This document shows, in pieces, positions 18,741 to 27,055 of a DNA stretch of 64,000 nt. Each line of letters starts with the position of its first letter. The stretch's first letter is position 1. The stretch covers positions 1-64,000 of the forward strand of contig JBIIPZ010000006.1 in NCBI GenBank assembly GCA_044342325.1. The letters run 5' to 3'. A model generated the notes under the pieces. The model was not told the origin of the DNA. It worked only from the letters and a program-made list of their open reading frames with translations, and searched no databases. The position numbers and the translations under genes are program-made. The stretch is from Terrimicrobiaceae bacterium. Lineage in GTDB: Bacteria; Verrucomicrobiota; Verrucomicrobiia; Chthoniobacterales; Terrimicrobiaceae.

Positions 18741-18932
18741 ATGCAAAACCAAATTGAACCGCACCCTGCAGCATCCCAACTGGAGATGTTCGACATCGTT
18801 CCCGACCGCCCGCTCCCGCCGCTGCAGTCGGACGACGAATCCCTCGCACAATGGCTTCGCGAGCAATCAGAGGAAAAACTCCGTGAGCTTCTCGAAGCCC
18901 TTTCGGAATTCTACGGGGAGAGCCGCTCATGA
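18741..18932 (+). CDS. small acidic hypothetical protein (63 aa)
   Basis: MQNQIEPHP...LAQWLREQSEEKLRELLEALSEFY; the stop overlaps the cfa ATG. Confidence 0.6.
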   Translation: MQNQIEPHPAASQLEMFDIVPDRPLPPLQSDDESLAQWLREQSEEKLRELLEALSEFYGESRS

Positions 18933-20119
18933 GCACGCAGGCAGCACCCACCCGATCCGCCGCGCCTGAAATCACCGTCGTGCATCCCCGCAAGAAGCGC
19001 ACCACGCGCGCAGAGCGGGTGGTGGCCGAGCTGTTCGCCAGGGCGGATATCGAAATCAACGGCGACCGGCCATGCGACATCCAAGTAAATGACGAACGCT
19101 TCTACCGCCGCATTCTCAAGGATGGCACGCTGGGTTTTGGCGAGTCCTACATGCAGGGCTGGTGGGACTGCGACGACATCGAGGAGCTATGCGCTCGGGC
19201 GATCCACGGTCGCATCGAAACCGCCATCCGCCCGAGTCTCGGAGCGCTGGTGGAGGTGGCATTCTCGCTTCTACTGAACCTCCAGAGCAAATCGCGCTCC
19301 CGTGTCGTCGCCCATCAACACTACGACCTCGGGAATGATTTTTTCGGAGCGATGCTGGATCCGTCGATGCAGTATTCGTGCGCTTATTTCCATGGCACGA
19401 CCGACCTCGCCGCAGCGCAGGAACTCAAGATGGAACTCATCTGCAAAAAACTCGCCCTCCAGCCCGGCATGCGCCTGCTGGACATAGGCTGCGGCTGGGG
19501 CGGGTTGGCGAAATTCGCCGCAGAGAACCACGGCTGCGAGGTCGTAGGCATCACCATCTCGGAGGAGCAGAAAACCTACGCCGAGGCACATTGCAAAGGC
19601 CTGCCGGTGGAAATCCGCCTGCAGGACTACCGCGATGTGCAGGGGGAATTCGACGCCATCGCCAGCGTCGGCATGCTCGAACATGTGGGACCAAAAAACT
19701 ACCGGCGCTACATGGACATCGCCAGCCACTGCCTCAAGCCGGGCGGGCTTTTTCTCTGCCACACGATCACAGCGAACGAGCCGGGCATCGCGTGCGACCG
19801 CTTCATCTCGCGTTACATCTTCGCCAACTCGGCGATCCCCACCGCCGCCCAGGTCTTGCAGGCGGCCGAGCCGTATTTCGTGAATGAGGACATGCACAAC
19901 CTCGGCCCCTACTATGTGCCGACGCTGCGAGCGTGGGAGGCAGGCTTCATGCGGTCGCGGGAGGAATTCCGCCAGCGCTACGGCGAAGAATTCGTGCGCA
20001 TGTGGAGGCTTTATCTCCTGAGTTGCTCGGGTGCGTTCCGCGCCAGAAGTCTGCAGGTTTTCCAATTCCTCTTCTCCGCAGGCGGCATCGAAACCGCACG
20101 CCCGCTGAGGATATCCTGA
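18929..20119 (+). CDS. cfa: cyclopropane-fatty-acyl-phospholipid synthase
   Basis: Motifs [45 protein letters not shown] and RMWRLYL. Confidence 0.95.
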   Translation: MSTQAAPTRSAAPEITVVHPRKKRTTRAERVVAELFARADIEINGDRPCDIQVNDERFYRRILKDGTLGFGESYMQGWWDCDDIEELCARAIHGRIETAIRPSLGALVEVAFSLLLNLQSKSRSRVVAHQHYDLGNDFFGAMLDPSMQYSCAYFHGTTDLAAAQELKMELICKKLALQPGMRLLDIGCGWGGLAKFAAENHGCEVVGITISEEQKTYAEAHCKGLPVEIRLQDYRDVQGEFDAIASVGMLEHVGPKNYRRYMDIASHCLKPGGLFLCHTITANEPGIACDRFISRYIFANSAIPTAAQVLQAAEPYFVNEDMHNLGPYYVPTLRAWEAGFMRSREEFRQRYGEEFVRMWRLYLLSCSGAFRARSLQVFQFLFSAGGIETARPLRIS

Positions 20120-20171
20120 ACCGGGCGTTTATCTTGCCCGATTGAATACAACCAACATAGTGCAACTACTT

Positions 20172-22013
20172 ATGAAGACCGATTCATCCCACGCCATGGA
20201 CCACGCCGCGCCGCCAGCAGTCACAAGTTGGGTCGAGGAAATCGCCGCGCTCACCTGCCCCGATGCCATCCATTGGTGCGATGGCTCGGATACCGAGGAT
20301 CTCGCCATGCGCGAGGCAGTCGTCGCCTCGGGTGCCGGCGTGTGGCTGAACGCCGAGAAGCGTGCGAATTCCCTGCTCGTCCGCAGCGACCAGCGCGATG
20401 TCGCCCGCGTGGAGGAGCGCACCTTCATTTGCTCGCGTTCCAAAAAAGACGCCGGCCCGACCAACAACTGGGAGGCGCCAGAACACATGAAGACCCGCCT
20501 GCACGGCCTCTTCGCAGGCTGCATGCGCGGCCGGACGATGTATGTCATCCCCTTCAGCATGGGCCCTGTCGGCTCCCCCATCGCCCAATACGGCATCGAG
20601 ATTTCCGATAGTCCCTATGTGGTGGCCAACATGCGGATCATGACCCGCCTGAGCACCGCCGTGTATGGCGAAATCAAAAAATCCGGCGTGTTTGTGAAAT
20701 GCCTGCATTCCGTGGGTTGTCCCCTCGCACCCGGTGCGAAGGATGTCCCTTGGCCGTGCAATCCCGAGAATACCTACATCACCCACTTCCCCGAGGAGCG
20801 CCTGGTGATGAGCTTCGGATCGGGCTACGGCGGCAACGCCCTACTTGGCAAAAAATGCTTCGCCCTGCGCATCGCCTCCGCCATGGCTCATGACGAAGGG
20901 TGGATGGCTGAGCACATGCTCGTGCTGGGCGTGAAATCCCCCGACGGCCAGAAAACCTATGTCACCGCCGCCTTCCCCAGCGCCTGCGGAAAGACGAATT
21001 TCGCCATGATGGTTCCCCCACCCGACATGCGCGAGGAAGGCTGGGAGATCAGCTGCGTGGGTGATGACATAGCCTGGATCAAGCCCGGCCCCGATGGCTA
21101 CCTCCGTGCCATCAACCCGGAGGCCGGATTTTTTGGTGTAGCACCGGGCACCTCGTATGCGAGCAACCCCATGGCGATGGATTCCATAACTCGCGACACC
21201 ATTTTCACCAATGTCGCCCTCACCGATGACGGCGATGTCTGGTGGGAGGGCATGACCAAAGAAGCGCCCGCCCACCTCATCGACTGGCTCGGCCGCGACT
21301 GGACGCCAGGACAAACAGATGCCGCCGGCAAGCCCATCCTGAGCAGCCACCCCAACAGCCGCTTCACCGCACCCGCCAAGAACTGCCCGCTCATCGATAG
21401 CGATTGGGAAAACCCCGCTGGCGTGCCCGTGAGTGCCATTATCTTCGGTGGACGCCGTTCCACCACCATGCCGCTCATTTTCCAAGCCTTCAACTGGGTC
21501 CACGGCGTCTACCTCGGAGCCACAATGGGCTCGGAAACCACAGCCGCAGCCGCCGGAGCCACAGGCCAAGTCCGCCGCGACCCCATGGCCATGCTCCCCT
21601 TCTGCGGCTACAACATGGGCGACTACTTCACCCATTGGCTCGAAATGCGCAAACTCATCAAATATGTCCCGCGCATTTTCCATGTGAACTGGTTCCGCAA
21701 AGACTCCGCCGGAAAATTCCTCTGGCCCGGCTTCGGCGAAAACACCCGCATACTACGCTGGATGGTCGAACGCTGCCACCCCGGCGCCCACGCGCTCGAA
21801 ACCGCCATCGGCTGGCTCCCCGACTACTCCGACATCCACATGGAAGGCCTGGAAAAAACCGTCACGCCCGAAATCTTCGCCGAAGCCCAAAAAATCGACA
21901 CCTCCGAGTGGCACCGCGAACTCCTCCTCCAAGACGAACTCTTCATCAAACTCTACAGCGAACTCCCCAAAGAAATCATCTTCCAGCGCGAACTCCTCAT
22001 CGCCCGCCTGTAA
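20172..22013 (+). CDS. pckG: phosphoenolpyruvate carboxykinase (GTP)
   Basis: Motifs [38 protein letters not shown] and HPNSRF. Confidence 0.97.
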   Translation: MKTDSSHAMDHAAPPAVTSWVEEIAALTCPDAIHWCDGSDTEDLAMREAVVASGAGVWLNAEKRANSLLVRSDQRDVARVEERTFICSRSKKDAGPTNNWEAPEHMKTRLHGLFAGCMRGRTMYVIPFSMGPVGSPIAQYGIEISDSPYVVANMRIMTRLSTAVYGEIKKSGVFVKCLHSVGCPLAPGAKDVPWPCNPENTYITHFPEERLVMSFGSGYGGNALLGKKCFALRIASAMAHDEGWMAEHMLVLGVKSPDGQKTYVTAAFPSACGKTNFAMMVPPPDMREEGWEISCVGDDIAWIKPGPDGYLRAINPEAGFFGVAPGTSYASNPMAMDSITRDTIFTNVALTDDGDVWWEGMTKEAPAHLIDWLGRDWTPGQTDAAGKPILSSHPNSRFTAPAKNCPLIDSDWENPAGVPVSAIIFGGRRSTTMPLIFQAFNWVHGVYLGATMGSETTAAAAGATGQVRRDPMAMLPFCGYNMGDYFTHWLEMRKLIKYVPRIFHVNWFRKDSAGKFLWPGFGENTRILRWMVERCHPGAHALETAIGWLPDYSDIHMEGLEKTVTPEIFAEAQKIDTSEWHRELLLQDELFIKLYSELPKEIIFQRELLIARL

Positions 22014-22104
22014 AGCGACGGGATTTTGTCACGACGCACAGCCCATCGAAGTCGAGGCCAGCACGATCGGGATATTGGCAAATCCGCTCACGATCAGGCT
22101 AGGG

Positions 22105-22992
22105 TTACTTTTTTTCCCAGCGTTCGAGGGATTCTTCGTGGAGGTGGCGGCGTTTGAAGTGGCGGGAGATGATGCCGTAGCGGGGGCTGAAGAGGTAGGC
22201 GAGGAGGAAGAAGATACCGAGGATGAGCACGATGGCAGGGCCTGAGGGGATGTTTGCCCAGAAGGAGACGAGGAGGCCTGCGACGGCGCCGAATGTTCCG
22301 AGCGCGGCACCTCCCCAGAGCATGACATCGAAGGAATCGCTGAGGAGGTAGATCGTGGCGGCGGGGAGGATGAGGAGGCCAAGAGAGAGCAAGACGCCGA
22401 CCGCTTGGAGGGATGAAACCATGGCCAAGACGATTAATAAAATGAGCATTCCTAATAACAATCCAACGGGGACGCCTTGGGTTTTTGCTACGGAGGCTTC
22501 GAAAATGGTGAGGAGGAGCGGTCGCTGGAAGGCGACGAGCAGGATCATGGCCACGCAGGTGATGGCGTAACTCGTCCAGAGGTCGCTGTCGCCGACGCCG
22601 AGGATGTTTCCGAACAGGAAATGGTCGAGGCTCACTTTGACTCCGGCGTATTTGATGAGGGCGATGCCGATCGCGAAGGCGACGATGTAGAGTGCTGCGA
22701 TGGCGGTTTCCTCTTTGACCCTTGAGCTTCGGGAAATGAGGTGTCCCCCGAGTGCCACAAAGACTGCCGCGAGGAGACCGCCGAAGAGGAGGCCGAGCGG
22801 GGAGAGGCCGATCAGGATTGCAGCTAGGGCGAGGCCAGGGAGGAGGGAGTGGGAGAGAGCGTCAGCCATAAGTGCGAGGCGTCGGATGACGACGAAGGCG
22901 CCGAGAAATCCGTTAGTGAAGCCCACGAGGACGCAGGCCAGCAGGGCGCGGCGCATGAAGTCGTATTCGAAGGGTTCGAGAATCCAGTTCAT
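22105..22992 (-). CDS. Zn/Mn ABC transporter permease
   Basis: Motifs ALMADALSHSLLPG, FLFGNILG and LQAVG; multiple TM helices. Confidence 0.93.
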   Translation of the reverse strand: MNWILEPFEYDFMRRALLACVLVGFTNGFLGAFVVIRRLALMADALSHSLLPGLALAAILIGLSPLGLLFGGLLAAVFVALGGHLISRSSRVKEETAIAALYIVAFAIGIALIKYAGVKVSLDHFLFGNILGVGDSDLWTSYAITCVAMILLVAFQRPLLLTIFEASVAKTQGVPVGLLLGMLILLIVLAMVSSLQAVGVLLSLGLLILPAATIYLLSDSFDVMLWGGAALGTFGAVAGLLVSFWANIPSGPAIVLILGIFFLLAYLFSPRYGIISRHFKRRHLHEESLERWEKK

Positions 22993-23735
22993 GTGTGGTG
23001 GTGATGGGCGTGGCCGCTGAAAACATGCACGGCGTAGGCGCGGTCGAGGTTGTCTTTGGTGAACGCCTCGGCGGTAGGACCGCAGGCCACGAGTTCGCCG
23101 TTGAGCAGCAGGATGTGGTCAAAGAGGGCTTCCACGCTTTTGAGATCGTGGTGCGAGGCCATGATGAGTTTGCCGGCCTCGCGCAGGCGGCGCATGGCTT
23201 GGGCAAAGGCCTCCACGGCATTTCGGTCGAGGCCGGTGAATGGCTCGTCGAGCAGGTAGATATCGGCTTTCTGCGCCCATGCCCTGGCCAGAAAGGCGCG
23301 TTGTTGTTGGCCGCCGGAGAGGGCGGAAATCTGGCGATCGGCGAGATCCTCCAAATCGCAAATGTGGAGCGCCTCCTCGACGGCGGTCTCATCTTCTGTG
23401 CCGAAGCGACGCCATTTCCCCAAAGCGGGGTAGCGTCCCATTTCGACGAGGCCGCGCACCGTGATGGGGAAGTCCCAGTCCACCGCCTCGCGCTGGGGCA
23501 CATAGGCGATCTCGCGGCCGGAAGTGCTCTCGAGTTGATGCCCGCGAAATTCAATTCGCCCGGTCTCAAGCGGGAGCAAGCCGGCGATGGCCTTCAAAAG
23601 CGTGGTCTTGCCCGCGCCGTTGGGGCCGAGCAGCGCGACGCAGGATCCGCAGGAGAGCGTGGCGTTGAGATGGTGCACGGCCGGGATGCGGTTGTAGCTC
23701 ACGGTCACATCTTCGAGGTGGAGTTTGTGGCTCAT
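22989..23735 (-). CDS. Zn/Mn ABC transporter ATP-binding protein
   Basis: Motifs GPNGAGKTT, YVPQR, LSGGQQQR and LLDEP; His-rich C-terminus. Confidence 0.95.
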   Translation of the reverse strand: MSHKLHLEDVTVSYNRIPAVHHLNATLSCGSCVALLGPNGAGKTTLLKAIAGLLPLETGRIEFRGHQLESTSGREIAYVPQREAVDWDFPITVRGLVEMGRYPALGKWRRFGTEDETAVEEALHICDLEDLADRQISALSGGQQQRAFLARAWAQKADIYLLDEPFTGLDRNAVEAFAQAMRRLREAGKLIMASHHDLKSVEALFDHILLLNGELVACGPTAEAFTKDNLDRAYAVHVFSGHAHHHHT

Positions 23736-24154
23736 GGTTTGGGAATGGTGACCACATCCTCCACAAGTCCGGTTCCCCAGAATGTGGAATCGGCGAGGGT
23801 TTTTCCGGCGGCTCGCACCTCGACGCGCAGGGCGCAATTTCCCGCAGCGGGGTCGAAGTTTCCAAAAACGGCGAGGTCTTCCGGCTCGTCGGCGTTCATG
23901 GTGAACGATGCCGAAAGCAAGGATGCCGAGCCGTCGGATTCCACCGAAGGCTGATTGGCCACACGCACGGCCAAGCGAGCGGGAGCGGATGAGGTGAGCA
24001 GCACATCGTAAACGGCCATTTTTTCAGGCTCGATCGGCGCGGAGGCTGGAGGTGGCGCGGATGGAACGGGTCTTGTGAGGAGCCAAACCGGCACGCCAAG
24101 AAGCGCCAAGCCGGCAACAACCAAAAACAGACGCAGGAGCGGGAAACCGCGCAC
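23732..24154 (-). CDS. membrane-anchored hypothetical protein inside the metal ABC operon
   Basis: N-terminal TM helix, Pro-rich linker and beta-rich domain. It starts 3 nt after the binding-protein stop and its stop overlaps the ATPase start. Confidence 0.75.
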   Translation of the reverse strand: MRGFPLLRLFLVVAGLALLGVPVWLLTRPVPSAPPPASAPIEPEKMAVYDVLLTSSAPARLAVRVANQPSVESDGSASLLSASFTMNADEPEDLAVFGNFDPAAGNCALRVEVRAAGKTLADSTFWGTGLVEDVVTIPKP

Positions 24155-24157
24155 GGC

Positions 24158-25063
24158 CTATTTCAACGCCTCCACGATGGTCGCGACATTGCTTTTCATC
24201 ATGCCTTCGTAAGTCCCCGCCGGGCCGCTGCCGAGTCCATCCGCGTAGAGCACACCGCCGGGTTTCGCGCCGGTTTCATTGGTGATTTGTTCCAGCACTT
24301 TCGGATTTTCAATATTCTCGGCGAAGATGGCTTTGACCTTGCGGGCTTTGATTTCCTCGATGAGGCGTTTCACTTTTTGAGAGGAGGGCTGGTCGGATGT
24401 CGAAACGCCCTGCACGGCGAAAATCTCGAAGCCGTTGTCCTTGGCAAAATATCCCAGTGCATCGTGGGAGGTGACGAGCACACGGTTCGCCTTAGGCAGC
24501 GCGGCGAGTTGCAGGCGGACCCATTTGGACAGTGCGGCGAGGCGGGTCTGGAGATTTTTGGCATTCGTTTCGTAGGTGGCCTTGCCTGCCGGATCGGCGG
24601 CGACGAAGGCGTTGCAGATCTGGGCCGCCACGGCTTGAACATTCGAAATGCTGTGCCACCAGTGTGGATCAGTGGTGCCATGGCTGTGTCCATGCGAGTG
24701 GTCGTGACCCTCGTGTTCGTCGCAAGCCCCCTCGATCGGCTTAACAACATCCCCGCCGACCACGAGACGAACGCCGGCTTTTTCCAGACTCGGACGCAGC
24801 TTGTCGAGGTAGCCTTCGAATCCCAGGCCGCTCGCGAGGAGGATTTGGGATTTGGCGATGGTTTTTCGATCCCCCGGCGTCGGCTCGTAAATGTGGGGGT
24901 CGACTCCGGGTTTGACGATCTCCGTCACCTCCACGCGCTCGGCACCGATATCGCGGGCCAGATCGGCCATCACTGTGCTGAGTGAGGCCACGCGGAGTGG
25001 TTCGGCCTGTGCAAAGGTCGTCCATGCCAAAAAGACGGTAGCAATCAGCAGTCTGTTCATCAT
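24158..25063 (-). CDS. Zn/Mn ABC transporter substrate-binding protein (ZnuA/AdcA cluster A-I)
   Basis: Motifs GVDPHIYEP, DPHWW and TSHDALGYF; His-rich loop HEGHDHSHGHSHG. Confidence 0.95.
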   Translation of the reverse strand: MMNRLLIATVFLAWTTFAQAEPLRVASLSTVMADLARDIGAERVEVTEIVKPGVDPHIYEPTPGDRKTIAKSQILLASGLGFEGYLDKLRPSLEKAGVRLVVGGDVVKPIEGACDEHEGHDHSHGHSHGTTDPHWWHSISNVQAVAAQICNAFVAADPAGKATYETNAKNLQTRLAALSKWVRLQLAALPKANRVLVTSHDALGYFAKDNGFEIFAVQGVSTSDQPSSQKVKRLIEEIKARKVKAIFAENIENPKVLEQITNETGAKPGGVLYADGLGSGPAGTYEGMMKSNVATIVEALK

Positions 25064-25087
25064 GGACAAAACTGACCCGCCACTGTC

Positions 25088-25104
25088 ATGCAAGTCAATT
25101 GCAA
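25088..25104. promoter_or_regulatory. Fur-family (Zur/Mur-like) operator candidate
   Basis: TGCAA-N5-TTGCA palindrome (atgcaagtcaattgcaa) about 25 nt upstream of the metal-binding protein start. Confidence 0.6.
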
Positions 25105-25172
25105 AAAAGCCCCGCATTGGGTTTGCAACGACAGAGGAATCCCATCAGGATGCGGGCCTCAATTTAAAAACT

Positions 25173-26552
25173 ATGGCTGATTATGATTTGATCGTGGTGG
25201 GCGGCGGACCTGCAGGTTATGTGGGGGCGATTCGCGCGGGACAACTCGGAAAAAAGGTGGCGGTGGTTGAAATGGACCGCGCTGGAGGCACCTGTTTGAA
25301 CTGGGGATGCATCCCCACCAAGTCGCTTCTCAAGAATGCTGAAGTTTATCAGACGATCAAAAACCACGCCGGTGACTTTGGTTTGAAAGTCGAAGGCCTC
25401 TCCTACGAGTGGGACAAAGTGATCGGCCGCAGCCGCAAGGTTGCGGACCGCCTCGCAGGCGGCATCGAGATGCTTCTCAAGAAAAACAAGGTGGACTACA
25501 TCCGTGGCGAAGCCTCGATTCCAAAGGCCGGAGTCGTAGAGGTCATCGACAAGGACGGCAAAAAAGCCGAGCACAAGGCGGCAAAAATCCTCATCTCCAC
25601 AGGCGTTGTGACTCGCGAGATGCCAGGCTTCCCGTTCAATGGAAAAAGCGTGATCGGCAGCCGTCAGGCGATGGTTTTGGAGAAACAGCCGAAAGAAATC
25701 ATCATTATCGGAGCGGGTGCCATTGGCATCGAGTTCGCGTATTTTTTCAATGCCTTCGGCTCGAAGGTGACCGTCGTGGAAATGATGCCGAATATCCTGC
25801 CCGTCGAGGATACCGAGGTGAGCCAGACTCTCGAAAAATCGCTCGCCAAACAGGGCATCAAGCTCCTCACCGGCACGAAGGTCGATAAAGCCGAGACCAC
25901 GAACAAAGGCGTTCGCCTCACCGTGAGCGGCAAAGCCACGGAAACTCTCGAAGCCGATATCGCGCTGGTTGCGATCGGCGTTTCGCCTCTCACGCCGAAA
26001 GGCGTGAAACTCGAGACCGATGCCAAAGGTTATCTGAAAACCAACGACAGCTATGAGACGAGCGTCAAAGGCATCTACGGCGCGGGTGACATCATCGGGC
26101 CACCATGGCTCGCGCATGTGGCCAGCTACGAAGCCGTCCAGTGCGTCGAAGGAATGTTCGCCGGCAAGAAGCCGAAAAAAGTCACCGTTTTCCCGGGTTG
26201 CACCTATTGCCAACCACAGGTCGCGAGTGTCGGACTCACCGAGCGCGCGGCGGTCGAGAAGGGGCTCAAATTCAAGGTCGGCAAGTTCCCGTTCATGGCC
26301 AGCGGCAAGGCTCTGGCGGTCGGCGAGAGCGAGGGCTTCGTGAAGCTCCTCGTCGGCGAGAAGCACGGCGAGATCCTCGGAGCGCACATCATTGGCGCGG
26401 ACGCCACAGAGATGATCGCCGAGCTCGCTCTCGCGATCAATATGGAGGCGACTTACGAGGAAATCACCGCCACGATCCACGCGCATCCAACGCTGAGCGA
26501 AGCGATCCACGAGGCCGCACACGCCTCGCAGGGCCATGCGATCCATTTTTAG
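25173..26552 (+). CDS. lpdA: dihydrolipoamide dehydrogenase
   Basis: Motifs GGGPAGY, GGTCLNWGCIPTK, GAGAIGIE and HAHPTLSE. Confidence 0.97.
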   Translation: MADYDLIVVGGGPAGYVGAIRAGQLGKKVAVVEMDRAGGTCLNWGCIPTKSLLKNAEVYQTIKNHAGDFGLKVEGLSYEWDKVIGRSRKVADRLAGGIEMLLKKNKVDYIRGEASIPKAGVVEVIDKDGKKAEHKAAKILISTGVVTREMPGFPFNGKSVIGSRQAMVLEKQPKEIIIIGAGAIGIEFAYFFNAFGSKVTVVEMMPNILPVEDTEVSQTLEKSLAKQGIKLLTGTKVDKAETTNKGVRLTVSGKATETLEADIALVAIGVSPLTPKGVKLETDAKGYLKTNDSYETSVKGIYGAGDIIGPPWLAHVASYEAVQCVEGMFAGKKPKKVTVFPGCTYCQPQVASVGLTERAAVEKGLKFKVGKFPFMASGKALAVGESEGFVKLLVGEKHGEILGAHIIGADATEMIAELALAINMEATYEEITATIHAHPTLSEAIHEAAHASQGHAIHF

Positions 26553-26567
26553 AGTTTTAAGTTTTAA

Positions 26568-27019
26568 GCGGCCGCGCGTCAGCGCGTTGTGAATGGGAGG
26601 GTCGACCTCCGGCTTGACCCAAGACCGAACCGCCTTCGCCATCACAACGCGCCGTTCCCATCACGACGCGCCCTCGCATTCATCTTCCGTAGACGCCGCG
26701 TTGCGGCTGAAGCTTGGGCCATGCGGGACGATGGCCCTCCCAAATCACGCAGCCGCGCGTCAGCGTGTTGTGAATGGGAGGGTCGACCTTTGCCTTGCTC
26801 GTGCCCTGCTCGCTACGCCCTTCGGGTCATCTGCGATGTGCTTCCTCCGCCCCGCCCGGGTCTTCGGTTGGCTTGACCCAAGACTGAACCGTCTTCGCCA
26901 TCGCGACGCACCGTTCCCATCACGACGCGCCCTCGCATCCATCTTCCGAGAACGCCGCGTTGCGGCTGAAGTTTGGGCCATGCGGGACGATGGCCCTCCC
27001 AAATCACGCGGCCGCGCGT
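26568..27019. repeat. tandem REP-doublet (REPIN-like) units: 181-bp unit, 259-bp unit with nested insert, 12-bp partial
   Basis: Unit 1 (26568-26748) is near-identical to unit 2 (26749-27007) apart from an insert at 26790-26869. Each unit carries inverted GGGA-hairpin arms. It lies between the convergent lpdA and FUSC genes. Confidence 0.9.
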
Positions 27020-27055
27020 TGCGTCTCGTATTCGAAGGGCTATCGGCCTTTGGGA

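Noticed and set aside
12477..20119. Integrative element inserted at tRNA-Tyr
   Set aside because: I found no integrase and no duplicated tRNA 3' end, so accessory status remains unproven.
26546..26568. Heptamer repeats (ttttaag) after the lpdA stop
   Set aside because: Only two exact copies, too short to interpret.
26568..27019. Possible CRISPR array
   Set aside because: The units are about 180 bp with near-identical interiors, there are no unique spacers, and no cas genes are present.
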